This document shows, in pieces, positions 63,226 through 64,000 of a DNA stretch of 64,000 nt. How positions within the stretch are numbered: the stretch's first letter is position 1; every line of letters starts with the position of its first letter. Source of the stretch: Squalus acanthias. Its lineage: Eukaryota. Where the stretch lies: the NCBI GenBank assembly GCA_030390025.1, contig CM059433.1, forward strand, positions 18,292,001 through 18,356,000, read 5' to 3'. Position numbers and translations under genes: made by a program. The notes under the pieces are model-generated. The model did no database searches and had not been told where the DNA came from. It saw only the letters and a program-made list of their open reading frames with translations.

Positions 63226-63827
63226 GGTATTTTTATTTAGGTTAAACATTTAAAAAAAATATATATATTTTTTTTTAAAATCCCTTTATTGCTTTGAAGA
63301 GGATTCAAACTCGGGTAGCCTTGGGTGTTGCATTTAAATTCAACTAAGTAAGCAGTGCTGCAGTGACTCGTTAACTACAAATGAAGAACGAGAAGGATCA
63401 TACCTATGTCGGCTAATTTAACATTCTCTGTTTTAAGAATCACCTTTTGAAATTGAAATCATGTGTTGTTGGTGAACTACGGATCAACACTGGAAATCAT
63501 TTCAAATCAGGTTCTAAAACTCTGCTTGAAATTTCTGGACTTGCATGCCAATTGCAATCTCACAAATGATCCAGTCCTTGCTTCAGAACCCCACAACTTT
63601 CATTTTTCCCCAAACATTAGTGTTTTCCGAATGTTGCTGCATCCAGAATGTAATCTTGTTGAATGGTGAATTTAACCTTTCAACTGTAATTATTATGGGA
63701 ATTGAATTTGTCATACAAAAGTTTTAGGTTGCAATATTTAATCCAGTCTACAATTAATGGCATTTTTTTAAATGGTCTTTTTAGTAAATTCTATCTAACT
63801 TAAGAGTGACATTTATTTTTGCAATAG

Positions 63828-63905
63828 GTTGTCAGACGATATATTCTTGGTTCAGTTGTTGAAAGTGAGAAGAATTATATGGATGCATTAAAGCGAATTC
63901 TAGAG
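63828..63905 (+). CDS. ARHGEF10: ARHGEF10 coding exon J, start of the DH/RhoGEF domain (VVRRYILGSVVESEKNYMDALKRILE), phase 0-0
   Basis: DH helix-1 motif SEKNY; GCAATAG acceptor, GAG|GTAAGG donor. Confidence 0.96.
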
Positions 63906-64000
63906 GTAAGGTAGAGCTCAAAGTAAACTAAGCTTCCCCAGTTGGATTTTGGATCGGTATAACAACCAGAAGTTTGTGCTTTTATTTAAAAAAAAAAGCT

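Noticed and set aside
21715..63905. ARHGEF10L or ARHGEF17 as the gene identity
   Set aside because: KVNPYSVVDITP, VPVPCGYAVPSN, DPANTAW and LFIDVDCKHPE match recalled ARHGEF10 rather than its paralogs; reciprocal BLAST would settle it.

Overview
Eukaryotic genomic DNA from a cartilaginous fish, most likely a shark (HE1-like V-SINE, SacSINE1-like DeuSINEs, HER1/CR1 LINEs). The + strand carries the 5' part of ARHGEF10 (Rho guanine nucleotide exchange factor 10). Ten coding exons between 21740 and 63905 were rebuilt by hand, all with AG/GT boundaries and consistent phases, running from the acidic N-terminus to the start of the DH domain. The first coding exon is uncertain (candidate near 12966-13038) and the gene continues past the window. 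Nearly all other ORFs in the track are decayed retrotransposon fragments or spurious. The introns hold CR1, L2 and a second APE-RT LINE family, Penelope-like elements, SINEs and several families of GG...CC-ended MITEs. Highlights: (1) several minimal hammerhead ribozymes in Penelope pseudo-LTRs, including a TSD-flanked 213-bp palindromic insertion with a hammerhead on each strand, and a covarying copy elsewhere; (2) a near full-length LINE with no ORF1 whose 5' end is a tRNA-SINE-like head plus a SINE-type body; (3) a chimeric CR1 junction shared by two loci about 52 kb apart; (4) an unclassified ~275-bp repeat. Family names come from recalled consensus sequences, not from database searches.
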